This document shows positions 18,092-28,175 of a DNA stretch of 64,000 nt, one piece after another. A program made the translations under genes and the position numbers. The notes below the pieces were generated by a model. The model saw only the letters and a list, made by a program, of their open reading frames with translations, had not been told where the DNA came from and searched no databases. Within the stretch, counting starts at the first letter, position 1. Every line of letters starts with the position of its first letter. The DNA is from a virus: UHGV virus genome UHGV-0248979, one strand, 5' to 3'.

Positions 18092-19732
18092 TTAGTAACG
18101 CACCGGCGCGGTAATTTCACCATTGCTAAGCAGCGTGTACGATGCCGACGGCGTAGCCAGCTTCACAATAGCTTCAGGTGCGCGTTGGTTAATTGCTTCA
18201 TAGATACCGACGATAGGTTCAAACGCATTACCGAATGAGGAAATCTCTACGATATTGCGTCCTTTCGCAGACGGATAATCCGCAGGCAGCTGAATGGTGT
18301 ACGTTACGCGGCAAATTTCAATAGCATGATCGTTAGATTTCAGACGGAAATGTAGCTTACGAACAGAACGTGCGACCAGCAAGCACAGTTCGCGGAAGAA
18401 ATCCGCAGCCGTGGTTACGCCATTTTCACCGATGGTGCGCGGGAACAGAGTGTCACGGAAATATTCGAGATCGCTTAAGTTGCAATCGAATTGCACAAAT
18501 TTCGTACCTGGGATACCTTTACCGTAGTTTGTCGCAACAGAAATAGCGTTGTGAACCAAAACAGTGAGTGTTGCGTTAAACTGCTGACAGAACTCCACAC
18601 AGCTTTGTTTCAACGTTTCTGGCTCCTCAGCCTGGCTATTGAAATATTGCAGTAGGCATTCAGACATTTTACGGATGTGGAACACCATTTCGATAGTATT
18701 CTTCAGCATCTCTTCCGGATCGTCAATATCGCGAATGTCTTCAATACCATCAATTGCCTGACGGGTGGCGGTATAAAATTCTTGAAGGTAAGTTTTGCTC
18801 GAGTCCGTACTTACCATCGGGAACAATTTATACTCGCTTTCGGTTTTCACCATCACGTCCGCTTCATCATAGACGCAATAATCGATGTCTTTATTATCGA
18901 TGATTTCGTCAACCTTTTCAGACCAATTGCGGTGGCTTGAATACGGTGAATTTTTGATGCGTTCGTTGAGTTCTTTTGGCGTAAGAATGTTTTTCTTAAT
19001 CTGTTCTCTAAGTTCGTGATCTAAATAGTCTTCCACAATTTCTACCCGGAAATGATCGATGATAGGTTTATTGTAACGTTCGACAAGTTCTTCGATGGTT
19101 TTCTCGTCGAGCTCACGCGGCTTGTTAGCTTCCACCATAGAGTGCGAAACAGTCGGTTGTGGCTGTGCCTGTTGCACTGGTTGTTGTGCAGGCTGACCGA
19201 AGTTACCTTGCGGTTGCGCTGTTTGCTTCTGTTCCGCTGTGCGCGGATCGTAAGTTGACATTGGGATAGAACCCCCTTCTACCGCTGTTGCTGGTCGTGG
19301 GCTACCGTGGCCACTGCCTGTAAAGCTAGACGCGGGCATCGCTAAGCTCGGCGAAGCGGGCATTGTTGGGCCAGCGAAAGAGCTCGAATGTCCCATAAGC
19401 TGTTTAGCTTGTACCGCATACTGATTCGCCGTACGGAATTCCTGTTCCAGCTGGCTGTGAATACGCGGGTCCAATGGCTGCATACCACGCCCCAGTAAGT
19501 CACTATACAGCGTCGATTTAAATGTTGCCAGAATCGCCGATGCAGTTTCGTTATCTGGACGACGGTTGTATACAAACCACGTGGCGACGGTAACAGCATT
19601 ATCCATGTATTTGTCGTCATTCATTCCGGCAGCACGTGCTTGATTACAAAGGTATGATAAAAGTTCGTCGCGGCCACTAGAGATTGTGCTATAGATGTGG
19701 TTACGAATTGCGTCTTTATTGACAGTTGCCAT
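18092..19732 (-). CDS. hypothetical protein with Gln/Pro-rich linker
   Basis: 546-aa ORF; ATG at 19732 verified; internal QPQGNFGQPAQQPVQQAQPQP segment. Confidence 0.5.
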   Translation of the reverse strand: MATVNKDAIRNHIYSTISSGRDELLSYLCNQARAAGMNDDKYMDNAVTVATWFVYNRRPDNETASAILATFKSTLYSDLLGRGMQPLDPRIHSQLEQEFRTANQYAVQAKQLMGHSSSFAGPTMPASPSLAMPASSFTGSGHGSPRPATAVEGGSIPMSTYDPRTAEQKQTAQPQGNFGQPAQQPVQQAQPQPTVSHSMVEANKPRELDEKTIEELVERYNKPIIDHFRVEIVEDYLDHELREQIKKNILTPKELNERIKNSPYSSHRNWSEKVDEIIDNKDIDYCVYDEADVMVKTESEYKLFPMVSTDSSKTYLQEFYTATRQAIDGIEDIRDIDDPEEMLKNTIEMVFHIRKMSECLLQYFNSQAEEPETLKQSCVEFCQQFNATLTVLVHNAISVATNYGKGIPGTKFVQFDCNLSDLEYFRDTLFPRTIGENGVTTAADFFRELCLLVARSVRKLHFRLKSNDHAIEICRVTYTIQLPADYPSAKGRNIVEISSFGNAFEPIVGIYEAINQRAPEAIVKLATPSASYTLLSNGEITAPVRY

Positions 19733-19771
19733 TATTATACTCCTGTTACGTCTTTTCTATAATTTAATTCG

Positions 19772-21547
19772 TTAACGGCCAATCTTCGCAATGTCTTCTT
19801 CGGTTGCTTGGATCAAGTCGTTGAGTTTTGGATTACGTACCATCACCAGTTGGGTATTCGTCTTCATATACGGATTGAGAATGCCCGATTTGAACGGTGA
19901 TGATTTCGGAATGTAATACACGTTACCACATTCCAGATGAGATGCAGAGGCATGTTTTGTCCGGTCGTTAAGGTTAACCGTCTTACCGCCCTTGCTGCTA
20001 CGTTTTGATTCTGTTTCTGTCTGGCTGATAGCATGGGTTGAAACCCCCAGCACCATAGACTCTGTAGAAGCGTTGAAATAACTTACACCGCCGTTACCGG
20101 TAATGTTCCGCAATACCAGGCTGGTTACAATGTCTTTATTCAACGCACTGCGTATCATGTTCGCACAAGACTCCGGTGTTCTATTCTCCGTTTGTCCCAA
20201 GTGAAAACGAATCGCAGCAATGGTAGGTGTAAAACCACGCTCACCTAATAACAGGTAATCTGTTACGGTCAGACGTTTTCCATACATTGACGGAATATCG
20301 CCTTGTTTCGTGAGACGCGTTCTCACCATCAACTTCGTCGCGTACCAGAAGAAATCAAACATATCCATATCGTCCGGGATATCGGGATCTGACATCATTA
20401 ACTCGCCACGGAATGTTGAGTTAACGTAGCGTTCACACTCCGTATAGTGTTTCGTCATGCTGTGTGCCAGTTCAATATCAGACGGTTTAAGTCCAACAAT
20501 ACTTCTCCCCAAAATCTCCCGCCAAATTGCGGAGGAATTCAGGTTTACAACATCGTCCTCCATTGCAAGTTCATTAATAGCGGTAAACAACGGCGGTAAA
20601 GGAACAACGTTGCCGTTTTTAATCGCTTGTTTTCCGCAATAATAGTGCGCTGCTTTAAAGAATGCAGAAATCGCTACGAGTAATAAGTGTTCGTTTTGAT
20701 CCCATCCCGCTTTATCGAGATTCGGTAAAGCCTCTGCAGGAACCGTCACTACGTACATAATCGCCCGATTATGCTTAGGTTCACCTGAACCGATTACTAC
20801 TTTTTTATCGAGATCGATTTCAGGTACTTTGAATGCAGGATATATCTCTACATCCACACCAGTATAACGTTTGATGGCTTCCTTAAATCCATAACGTCCG
20901 AATAACCAGTACATTAACGGTTTCTCGTCCGTATCAGGATGTGTGGCGTTTTTGGCTTTAAACAAATTGTTTGTTCCGGGCAAGAACAACTCTTCTTTCT
21001 TCCCATTCACTAAAATACGTACCGGGTGCTTACAGAATTTTAGTGACGCTTTACGTTTAAAGTCAAAATTAACAAACACCCCGCCATGCTCACGACAGAT
21101 ACCCGGCTGATGAATAACAGGCGCAACGTGGTACGTTGTCCCGTAATAGTTCATCAACCCACCACGACGAATGAATGGCAAGTTAATCGGTCTTGAGATC
21201 GGCCTTGAGTCGCCAGGAATACGGAACGACGACATGACCATATACGCATCGGTATTCGCTATAGACATCACCCCACGACGTTTATCCATTCTGCTGCTCT
21301 CTGAGCGAGACAACTTGTAGATAAAAGTTTCGAACGGCGACATTAAACGAACACCCAATACAGCCAAGCCTTCAGGAACACGCGGATTCTCTACAGGATG
21401 GTAATCTAGCTCACGTTTCAAGATACGATGCACACGATCGTGAATACCATCTTTGGCTTGTGTATATCCGACTCCTTCCGCAATCGCGCGGTTAAAGGGT
21501 ACTATTTTACCACTCTCTTTAAGCTTTTTGATTGCATCTTTAAACAC
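19772..21547 (-). CDS. hypothetical protein
   Basis: 591-aa ORF; apparent GTG start at 21547 with AAGGAG 6 nt upstream. Confidence 0.5.
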   Translation of the reverse strand: MFKDAIKKLKESGKIVPFNRAIAEGVGYTQAKDGIHDRVHRILKRELDYHPVENPRVPEGLAVLGVRLMSPFETFIYKLSRSESSRMDKRRGVMSIANTDAYMVMSSFRIPGDSRPISRPINLPFIRRGGLMNYYGTTYHVAPVIHQPGICREHGGVFVNFDFKRKASLKFCKHPVRILVNGKKEELFLPGTNNLFKAKNATHPDTDEKPLMYWLFGRYGFKEAIKRYTGVDVEIYPAFKVPEIDLDKKVVIGSGEPKHNRAIMYVVTVPAEALPNLDKAGWDQNEHLLLVAISAFFKAAHYYCGKQAIKNGNVVPLPPLFTAINELAMEDDVVNLNSSAIWREILGRSIVGLKPSDIELAHSMTKHYTECERYVNSTFRGELMMSDPDIPDDMDMFDFFWYATKLMVRTRLTKQGDIPSMYGKRLTVTDYLLLGERGFTPTIAAIRFHLGQTENRTPESCANMIRSALNKDIVTSLVLRNITGNGGVSYFNASTESMVLGVSTHAISQTETESKRSSKGGKTVNLNDRTKHASASHLECGNVYYIPKSSPFKSGILNPYMKTNTQLVMVRNPKLNDLIQATEEDIAKIGR

Positions 21548-21557
21548 GCCATGCTCC

Positions 21558-22568
21558 TTACGTTAGCATCCCTATAAATGCGACACCCGCCGCCAAATAC
21601 GCAGGGACAGATTTAAATAGGTCTGAGCCGTCCTTACGAATGTAAGAACGCGTCTCGTAGAATTCTTTACGCGCCTCAGCCCGTGACTTCGCTTCCAATT
21701 CCTGTTGTTTGAATGCTAAAGTCAATCGCTCCTTTTCTAAAGCCATGCTCTGTAGTTGTTTCTTGTGTTCCAATTCTAGCTTGTCTTTTGCCGAATCCAA
21801 GCTTTCTAATTTTTCTTTGTACTGCTCCTCTAAACGTTGCTTAATCTCAAAGAGACCGGGAACTGCTTCTTGCCATCGAAACGCGTCCGCCGCTGCCTCA
21901 TCCTTAAATAATCTAAATGGTGAAGTAATGTCGTCAAATTCAAAATGAATCATACGACTCCCTTCCACCCTCGTACCACCTCCTATTATCATGTAAACGC
22001 CTGGTTCATAATAGCGAGACGTTATTGGCTCGATTTTCATTTTCGTGCCGTAGAAACGTAGCCACCGATAGTTGTCAGGCTCATCGTAGCGCTGCACAAC
22101 AACAACACCCAATGTAAATTCAGTGCGCTCACCTCCAGGGCGCGTGGTCGGGGGTTTACTATCTAAGCGTATTGGTGTTGTTGAGAAAGCAAAGCCTAAC
22201 TGCTTTAGTACAACCAAATCTCCTCGCAGCAACGCACCAACATCGTTTACTGCATACTCTAACGTCACCTCCCCTTTTTCTTTCAATTGGTCGCAAAAGC
22301 GAGAAAATTGTTTTCCCGGCAACAGTTCAGCAAACCCATTGAGATTCGCACATCTTCCGTACGATTGATACGTCACGTAAACGATAACCCCATGCTCATC
22401 AGCGGGGTTTTTCGAAGCATTTAAAATAAAGCTACCGCCACTGGTTTCAGTGACGTGAATAGGTACGCCAGTGTTATTTTCAAACGTAACGAGTTTCCTC
22501 AATCCAGACGTTTGATACAACGAGCGTTCAGAGATACTGGGCACCACATCGATATCAAGACGTTTCAT
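21558..22568 (-). CDS. hypothetical protein with coiled coil and C-terminal membrane anchor
   Basis: 336-aa ORF; charged coiled-coil segment then C-terminal hydrophobic VPAYLAAGVAFIGMLT; ATG at 22568 verified. Confidence 0.5.
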   Translation of the reverse strand: MKRLDIDVVPSISERSLYQTSGLRKLVTFENNTGVPIHVTETSGGSFILNASKNPADEHGVIVYVTYQSYGRCANLNGFAELLPGKQFSRFCDQLKEKGEVTLEYAVNDVGALLRGDLVVLKQLGFAFSTTPIRLDSKPPTTRPGGERTEFTLGVVVVQRYDEPDNYRWLRFYGTKMKIEPITSRYYEPGVYMIIGGGTRVEGSRMIHFEFDDITSPFRLFKDEAAADAFRWQEAVPGLFEIKQRLEEQYKEKLESLDSAKDKLELEHKKQLQSMALEKERLTLAFKQQELEAKSRAEARKEFYETRSYIRKDGSDLFKSVPAYLAAGVAFIGMLT

Positions 22569-22699
22569 GGGTGACCCAAGCTAAATTTTAATGATGTTAC
22601 ATATCTTTAGTTTAAACTGTATTTTTTCCATACATACTCCTTTAAAGCCAACTGACTGTCTCCCTTTAATAATATCTATCCAAAAAATAATAGAAAGAA

Positions 22700-22742
22700 A
22701 AAAATAAAAGGTCTAAGCCCCGAAGGGCTTAGACTCTTTTTA
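22700..22742. terminator. terminator downstream of the capsid candidate
   Basis: A-rich run, hairpin GTCTAAGCCC-CGAA-GGGCTTAGAC, then T-run. Confidence 0.7.
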
Positions 22743-22749
22743 AGCAAGA

Positions 22750-25044
22750 TTACTTACCGGCAGCAGCTTTGCCTTCGCCAGCAACGTTACCTGCTACACC
22801 ACCTTCGGTTTGTTTCTGACCGTTCTGTTCAACAGAAACATTGTAAGCCAGTTTTTCTTCAACCAGTTTGGTGATGCCTTTAACCCAGATCAGACCAGTG
22901 ATCGGGCAGTGGCAGATGTGCGCGTTACGCGGCTGTACGGCCAGCTCTTTAGAGGTAGAGCCGTTACGCTGAATGTTGATGTTAGTAACCATGATCGGAG
23001 ACCAGAAGTGGTTACCCCAGTTCAGCACGTTGTAGGAACCATCGTCCGCAGTCGGAACTTTCAGGAACCATTGCAGACGACGAGTCCAGGAACCGTCAGC
23101 TGCGTTGTAGATACGCCAGCGGTCATCGTTGGTGGTGATCACTTCGTATTCGTAGCGATCGCCCAGCAGACGTTGGTCGCCCTGTACCAGCAGCAGCATG
23201 GATGCAGTCGGTTCGTCGGTTGCAATAACAACCTTCGGCAGAATGTCCGGATCAGCAGTGTACAGACGCAGCGCAGGAATGAAGCGAGATTCCTGGATAG
23301 CCTGAGTTACCTGATTACCGATACGCTGTACCAGACCCTGACGAGCGTTGATCAGTGCTTCTTTGGTATCCAGGGACTGTACAACTTTATCAACGTTGTA
23401 GTCAGACTCTTTGAACCACGGAGCAACCCAGTGACGGCCCAGACCACGAATGGCCGGTTTGTCCCACGGAGTGATCATGCTTGCAGCAGCGTTACGTACC
23501 GCTTCGGTGTAAGACAGTGTCTGAGTGATAGCCAACTGTTCGTTACGGATGTTAACTGCGGAAATCAGGTCGTCCAGACGCTCGGTATCGTCGTATTCAA
23601 CGCCAACCGGAGACTTGGTCAGAATCGGAGAACCGTATTGCAGCTTGTAGTTTTCTTGTTCCCAGATTGGGTCGAGCAGCAGACCCTGGGTACGACGGTT
23701 TTCGTTGGTACGAGTACCATCGAAACGCCAGCCGATCAGTTCAAGTTTCAGATTTTCCAGGACAGCTTTGCCGGTACCAGTCTTAATATCAACTTTGTTA
23801 CCGGTAGCGTCGTACAGACCTTCGATTTCCAGTTTGTGACCAGCGATGTCAACTTTACCACCGAACTGACCGGTAGTGAACAGAGACATGTTGATGGTGA
23901 TCACATAACGCAGGGTGTAGGAGTTCTGTTCCAGTGTTTTCAGAGCCGGAATAGCTTCGCCTTTCCAGTCGGTAGTTTTCGCGTTCAGAGAGAACGCAGT
24001 ACGACGGAATTGCAGTACCAGCTCACGGCCATCACCTTCAGCAGGGCGCTGGAAGGTTGCGAACTGCATGTCGCGAACGTGCAGTTTAATGAATTTACCT
24101 GCTTTTGCATCTTCAGCCGCTTTACGTACGGAAATCAGCAGGCTGCCCAGAGCACAGCCCGGCGCGATTTCATCAGTTTCGTCGTAACCTTCGATTACGA
24201 TACCCGGATGCGCGGACAGCTGGAACAGGTTCAGAGTGTCTTTAGCAAAGCTCAGGTAGTTAGTCGGGTACGGAGGTACACGACCCAGACGAACAGATTC
24301 GTTCGGTACCAGATCTTCGCTTACGAAGTATTCAGCGTTTTCACCGGTTTCCATTACGTAAGGAACGATGTTGATCGCTTCGTCCTGGAGAACAGTGTGG
24401 TCAGTCAGCGCTTCATGTAAGTTACGACGATGATCTTCAACAACGTCTTTGCTCAGCAGTGCGTTCATTACACCGCGAGAAACGGTGGTCACTTTGGTAC
24501 GTACGGTAATACCAACATCGTTAGTGTCAACAGTGATGGTCGGGAACAGAGTCTCAGCAAAACGAGACTGGGTTTCCAGAGCACGTACGTTCAGCGTCCA
24601 GGTCAGACCCAGGTTTTTGTCGTAGTCTTTGTTGGTGTAGTATTCCTGAGCGACAACCATACGCTCTTTGCCCCAGTCGCCGTTACCAGCTTGGGAGCCA
24701 GGAATCGCAACGTCCAGGTTAAAACGGCTATGGAATTCCGGTTTAGCGTATTCTTGAGCTACTTTTTCTTGCAGGTCCATACCGTGACCAGCAGCACCCA
24801 GAATCATTGCAGAAGCAACTTCCGCAGCGTGGGACATTTTCTTACCGCCAGCAAACGCGTTTGCGTAGTGCTGTGCAGCGTCGTCACGCAGGGTACCAAA
24901 AACTTTAGTGTTGCTACGTACAGATTCACCAGCAACGATGGTGTTCCACATTTCGCCAGCAGTGTTGTTACTAATGACGCTTTGTACCAGCGAGTTACCA
25001 GCTTGTACGAGTTTCTCCAGATTAGAGATTCGGGTATCTTTCAT
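22750..25044 (-). CDS. major capsid protein candidate
   Basis: 764-aa ORF, in the size range recalled for jumbo-phage capsid proteins; codon usage visibly host-optimised, unlike neighbours; strong terminator downstream; N-terminal region has repeated A-Q-E motifs. No direct homology check. Confidence 0.45.
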   Translation of the reverse strand: MKDTRISNLEKLVQAGNSLVQSVISNNTAGEMWNTIVAGESVRSNTKVFGTLRDDAAQHYANAFAGGKKMSHAAEVASAMILGAAGHGMDLQEKVAQEYAKPEFHSRFNLDVAIPGSQAGNGDWGKERMVVAQEYYTNKDYDKNLGLTWTLNVRALETQSRFAETLFPTITVDTNDVGITVRTKVTTVSRGVMNALLSKDVVEDHRRNLHEALTDHTVLQDEAINIVPYVMETGENAEYFVSEDLVPNESVRLGRVPPYPTNYLSFAKDTLNLFQLSAHPGIVIEGYDETDEIAPGCALGSLLISVRKAAEDAKAGKFIKLHVRDMQFATFQRPAEGDGRELVLQFRRTAFSLNAKTTDWKGEAIPALKTLEQNSYTLRYVITINMSLFTTGQFGGKVDIAGHKLEIEGLYDATGNKVDIKTGTGKAVLENLKLELIGWRFDGTRTNENRRTQGLLLDPIWEQENYKLQYGSPILTKSPVGVEYDDTERLDDLISAVNIRNEQLAITQTLSYTEAVRNAAASMITPWDKPAIRGLGRHWVAPWFKESDYNVDKVVQSLDTKEALINARQGLVQRIGNQVTQAIQESRFIPALRLYTADPDILPKVVIATDEPTASMLLLVQGDQRLLGDRYEYEVITTNDDRWRIYNAADGSWTRRLQWFLKVPTADDGSYNVLNWGNHFWSPIMVTNINIQRNGSTSKELAVQPRNAHICHCPITGLIWVKGITKLVEEKLAYNVSVEQNGQKQTEGGVAGNVAGEGKAAAGK

Positions 25045-25056
25045 TTGTTTAATACC

Positions 25057-25581
25057 TTAATGAGATAAATGACATGCGTATAATTGCGTCAGCACTTCGT
25101 TAGCGGCAAACTGCGTTGAGGTACTGAAGCAGTCATCCACGACGCGAGTCTTGGTACGCATATATTTAAAAAGTTCTGCGCAGAACATCTTTTTCGCAGC
25201 GTGGTCTTCACCCGAAGAAAAACCCGAACCGGACTTTGCTTCTGCAAATGACGCCACAATCGTATCACCACGTTGAGTAAACACCCAACGTACGCGACAA
25301 GGAATTGTTTCCCCATATAAATCGTCAAGGGAAACCTTTTCGCCTGATTCGACCAGACGTAACACCTGATCATAATATTTACCTGGAAGCACAGGCGGAG
25401 CCATCAGTGCTTTATAAATAGCAGAACGACTTACTTCAGGTAAGATGATAGAACTGAAACCATTCGGACAGTCATATAACCAGTTAAAGAACCCTGCCTG
25501 GAGCAATTCTATACTTTTAACGGCAGCGCCTTTATCTATGTTAGGTTGAACTTCCCACGGTGGACTAAAACGAATTTGCAT
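25057..25581 (-). CDS. hypothetical protein
   Basis: 174-aa ORF directly upstream of the capsid candidate; ATG at 25581 verified. Confidence 0.45.
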   Translation of the reverse strand: MQIRFSPPWEVQPNIDKGAAVKSIELLQAGFFNWLYDCPNGFSSIILPEVSRSAIYKALMAPPVLPGKYYDQVLRLVESGEKVSLDDLYGETIPCRVRWVFTQRGDTIVASFAEAKSGSGFSSGEDHAAKKMFCAELFKYMRTKTRVVDDCFSTSTQFAANEVLTQLYACHLSH

Positions 25582-25594
25582 TTAAGGATGCTCC

Positions 25595-27157
25595 ATGAAT
25601 AACAAAATGATGTTGATAACCGCCTTAGCCACATTATACGCTGAAAGTCTTCTGACCGATCCTGAAAAGGACCACGACATCATAAGAAAAGTGCTGTTAG
25701 AGGCTAAGCTTCCTGATTACGCAGAGGAAGGTGACGAACGTGCCGCCCTCGTCGAAATCAAGGATATCATCACATCCATCATAGACGGCGGTATGCCTTA
25801 CGACCACACAAACGTCATGAAACGTTTGAAACTGGCCACTACGCAAATACGTCCTCTATACGATACGATTACCAAATTCCTGGAAGATGATATTCCAGAA
25901 GAACCAGAAGCACGCATCGAGCATCTTAATCGCCAAGTAGCACAATACTACTTTCAGTTACGTCAAGCTATTCAAGGCGTACAACTGAAACAAAAATTGG
26001 GTCGTACGTTAGGCGCACTGAACGGTACCGAAACGCGCGTTGATTTACAAACGGCGCTCAACGACCTTAAGGATACCTTATCCACGTTCAGTGAACGCTC
26101 TCATAATAAGATTCCTTCTCTGGTAGGGGAATTGATTACTGATAATAAAGCACCTTTCGTGCACGTTTTCGACTCTATCAGTAAGAAAGCGGCAGGGAAC
26201 GGGTTGCGTACAGGCTGGAAAGCAATTAACCAGATGCTCGGTTGTAACAAAGGGATCACCGAAGAACTCTGGCTGATGCCTGCTCTCCCCTTTAACTGTA
26301 AGTCATTATTCAGTTTATTGCTCTCTATTAGCATTCCTGTTTTCAACACCCCAGAAAAAGTGATGGCGAATGTTAAAGGTGATCTACAACCGGTTATTCT
26401 AGATTTAAGTTTAGAAAACGAATTGGATGTTAACTTGGCTTACGCGTATCAGGCACTTTACGGACACTTTGAAGGTACAGCCCCGGTGATGGTTGCGCCA
26501 GAAACCGCAACTGACGAAGAAAAAGCGTCACATAATGCACAAATGTCAGACTACCTCTGTAGTAAGATGCGGGCGAACGGTTGGGAGTATATTTTCCAAA
26601 AACACACAAACTCCGATTTTAAAATTCACTATTTGAACGATTTGATTTTAGATTTAAAACGTCGAGGTTATCATGTAGCTGGAATACGCGGAGACTATTT
26701 CGGTACTATCAGCAAAGCAGGGCACGGTAACGGCATTGCGGGTAGCGACATTAAAGAAATTTATCGTATCGCACGAAACATCCAAGTGGTACGTAATCGT
26801 GGTTTCCTGTTAGCACCACACCAAATCTCACCAGAAGGCAAAAAATTAAAAGCACTCGACCCAGCAAGTTTCTGTAAGAACTTACCTGGTCGTGGTCTTT
26901 ACGACAACTGCTCTAGCTTAGACAACGAAGCTGACGGTGAGATGTATTTTAACAAACGTGTCGTCAACGGTCACAGCTATTTAGAAGTACAACGCGGTAA
27001 ACACCGTACCATTATCGATACCAAAGAAGCTTATCATTATACTGTAATACCTTTCCGTGATGTTGGCATTTTGCCATGGGATTGTGATAAAGAAGAAACT
27101 GTAACAGCCTCGTCGATTAACGTATTTACCGGCGGCATGGGTGACGAACTCTTTTGA
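25595..27157 (+). CDS. hypothetical protein
   Basis: 520-aa ORF; ATG at 25595 with AAGGA SD; isolated plus-strand gene followed by hairpins. Confidence 0.5.
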   Translation: MNNKMMLITALATLYAESLLTDPEKDHDIIRKVLLEAKLPDYAEEGDERAALVEIKDIITSIIDGGMPYDHTNVMKRLKLATTQIRPLYDTITKFLEDDIPEEPEARIEHLNRQVAQYYFQLRQAIQGVQLKQKLGRTLGALNGTETRVDLQTALNDLKDTLSTFSERSHNKIPSLVGELITDNKAPFVHVFDSISKKAAGNGLRTGWKAINQMLGCNKGITEELWLMPALPFNCKSLFSLLLSISIPVFNTPEKVMANVKGDLQPVILDLSLENELDVNLAYAYQALYGHFEGTAPVMVAPETATDEEKASHNAQMSDYLCSKMRANGWEYIFQKHTNSDFKIHYLNDLILDLKRRGYHVAGIRGDYFGTISKAGHGNGIAGSDIKEIYRIARNIQVVRNRGFLLAPHQISPEGKKLKALDPASFCKNLPGRGLYDNCSSLDNEADGEMYFNKRVVNGHSYLEVQRGKHRTIIDTKEAYHYTVIPFRDVGILPWDCDKEETVTASSINVFTGGMGDELF

Positions 27158-27261
27158 GTCTGGGGAGCTTCGGCTCCCCCTATAACCCCTTATGCGTCTC
27201 GAAAAGCAAAAAAAAACAGAAGGCTATTAATTATGAACGGAAAACAACTACCGAACTAAGT

Positions 27262-27290
27262 AGGGGGTGTTGCTACCACCCCCTTTATTA
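27262..27290 (+). terminator. hairpin plus T-run (H3-type)
   Basis: GGGGGTG-TTGCTAC-CACCCCC followed by TTTATT; ~105 nt downstream of the plus gene stop and abutting small ORF copy 1 stop. Confidence 0.5.
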
Positions 27291-27299
27291 GTTAGTAAC

Positions 27300-27461
27300 T
27301 TATCTCCTTAGAGGTGGTTGCTGAACATTGTGGTTGTTAACCGTTTTCGGTGCCGCAACGAGGCCGAGACGAACATATTCGTCCATGCGTTGGTTAAACT
27401 GAATTTGTTTTTCACGATTTCGCATCGCGGTATTGAACATCTGTATTTGATATTCGTTCAT
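27300..27461 (-). CDS. small protein, copy 1 of a tandem paralogue family (53 aa)
   Basis: Below ORF-track size cutoff. MNEYQIQMFNTAMRNREKQIQFNQRMDEYVRLGLVAAPKTVNNHNVQQPPLRR; AAAGG SD upstream; H3-type hairpin right after the stop. Confidence 0.4.
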   Translation of the reverse strand: MNEYQIQMFNTAMRNREKQIQFNQRMDEYVRLGLVAAPKTVNNHNVQQPPLRR

Positions 27462-27520
27462 TTTTCATTACCTTTCGTAATGTTGTAAAAACGTCAACAA
27501 CTTTATGTGTTGACACCGTA

Positions 27521-27610
27521 CAGCAGAGACTGGCGGAACAGCCTCTGCTGCTTTAACTTCTCTTTCGAAAAGTTAAAGCTATGAAAAGGGGTGGTGGTGC
27601 ACCCCTTTTT
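27521..27610. repeat. three-hairpin module, copy A (candidate structured RNA / regulatory element)
   Basis: H1 27521-27550 (CAGCAGAG...CTCTGCTG), H2 27550-27579 (GCTTTAACTT-loop CTCTTTCGAA-AAGTTAAAGC), H3 27584-27609 (AAAAGGGGTG...CACCCCTTTT). Confidence 0.45.
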
Positions 27611-27685
27611 ATTATACCTACGACCACCATCTCGGCAGGTTACTGTACGAGGAGGAGAGGCGTGTCAGCGCCTCTCCTTTATTTG

Positions 27686-27859
27686 TTAGTAGTGTTCACT
27701 CCTCTTTTCGGTGAATATCTGCGTGAAACGGTTGGTAGACGGTTTTAACCGTTTATCCATGCCGAGCTGACTATACTTGTAGATACGTTGCTGTAAATTG
27801 GTCTTTGCTGCACTCTGTTCTGCAAGCATTTTGTCAGTAAAGTAGTAACCATTGTTCAT
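27686..27859 (-). CDS. small protein, copy 2 of tandem paralogue family (57 aa)
   Basis: MNNGYYFTDKMLAEQSAAKTNLQQRIYKYSQLGMDKRLKPSTNRFTQIFTEKRSEHY; AAGAGGG SD upstream; hairpin 27654-27677 right after stop; shares C-terminal consensus with copy 3. Confidence 0.45.
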   Translation of the reverse strand: MNNGYYFTDKMLAEQSAAKTNLQQRIYKYSQLGMDKRLKPSTNRFTQIFTEKRSEHY

Positions 27860-27949
27860 GGTAGGCCCTCTTTGTAGGGTGATTAAAGAAATCCACTACG
27901 GAAACGTAATGGTGTTGTAAAGGGGTGTGACAGCACCCCTTTATTTTAT

Positions 27950-28120
27950 TTAGTAGTTACTTCTCCTTTCGGTGAAGATTTGTACTCGAGGATTATTAGA
28001 AGGTTTAAGCCTTTTATTTAATCCTAGCTGTTGAACTTCTCTTAATCGTTCATTAAACCTCGCTTGTTCTGCATAGCTGTTTGAAATAGAAGTAAAGATA
28101 CGTGAATTGTTGTTAGTCAT
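27950..28120 (-). CDS. small protein, copy 3 of tandem paralogue family (56 aa)
   Basis: MTNNNSRIFTSISNSYAEQARFNERLREVQQLGLNKRLKPSNNPRVQIFTERRSNY; GAGG SD upstream; hairpin 27919-27942 right after stop. Confidence 0.45.
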   Translation of the reverse strand: MTNNNSRIFTSISNSYAEQARFNERLREVQQLGLNKRLKPSNNPRVQIFTERRSNY

Positions 28121-28175
28121 GTTAAAACCTCACACGAGTTGGGGATTAAGCTATTACGTGACTGTAATAGCGACA

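Noticed and set aside
22810-24420. 536-aa plus-strand ORF antisense to the capsid candidate (with 24430-25068)
   Set aside because: Phe/Val-rich low-complexity product; lies wholly inside a minus-strand gene that has a verified ATG, terminator and strong codon bias; explained by codon periodicity.
27510-27515. Sigma-70-like -35 box TTGACA
   Set aside because: No acceptable -10 hexamer at 16-18 bp spacing; the TTGACA is part of an inverted repeat.
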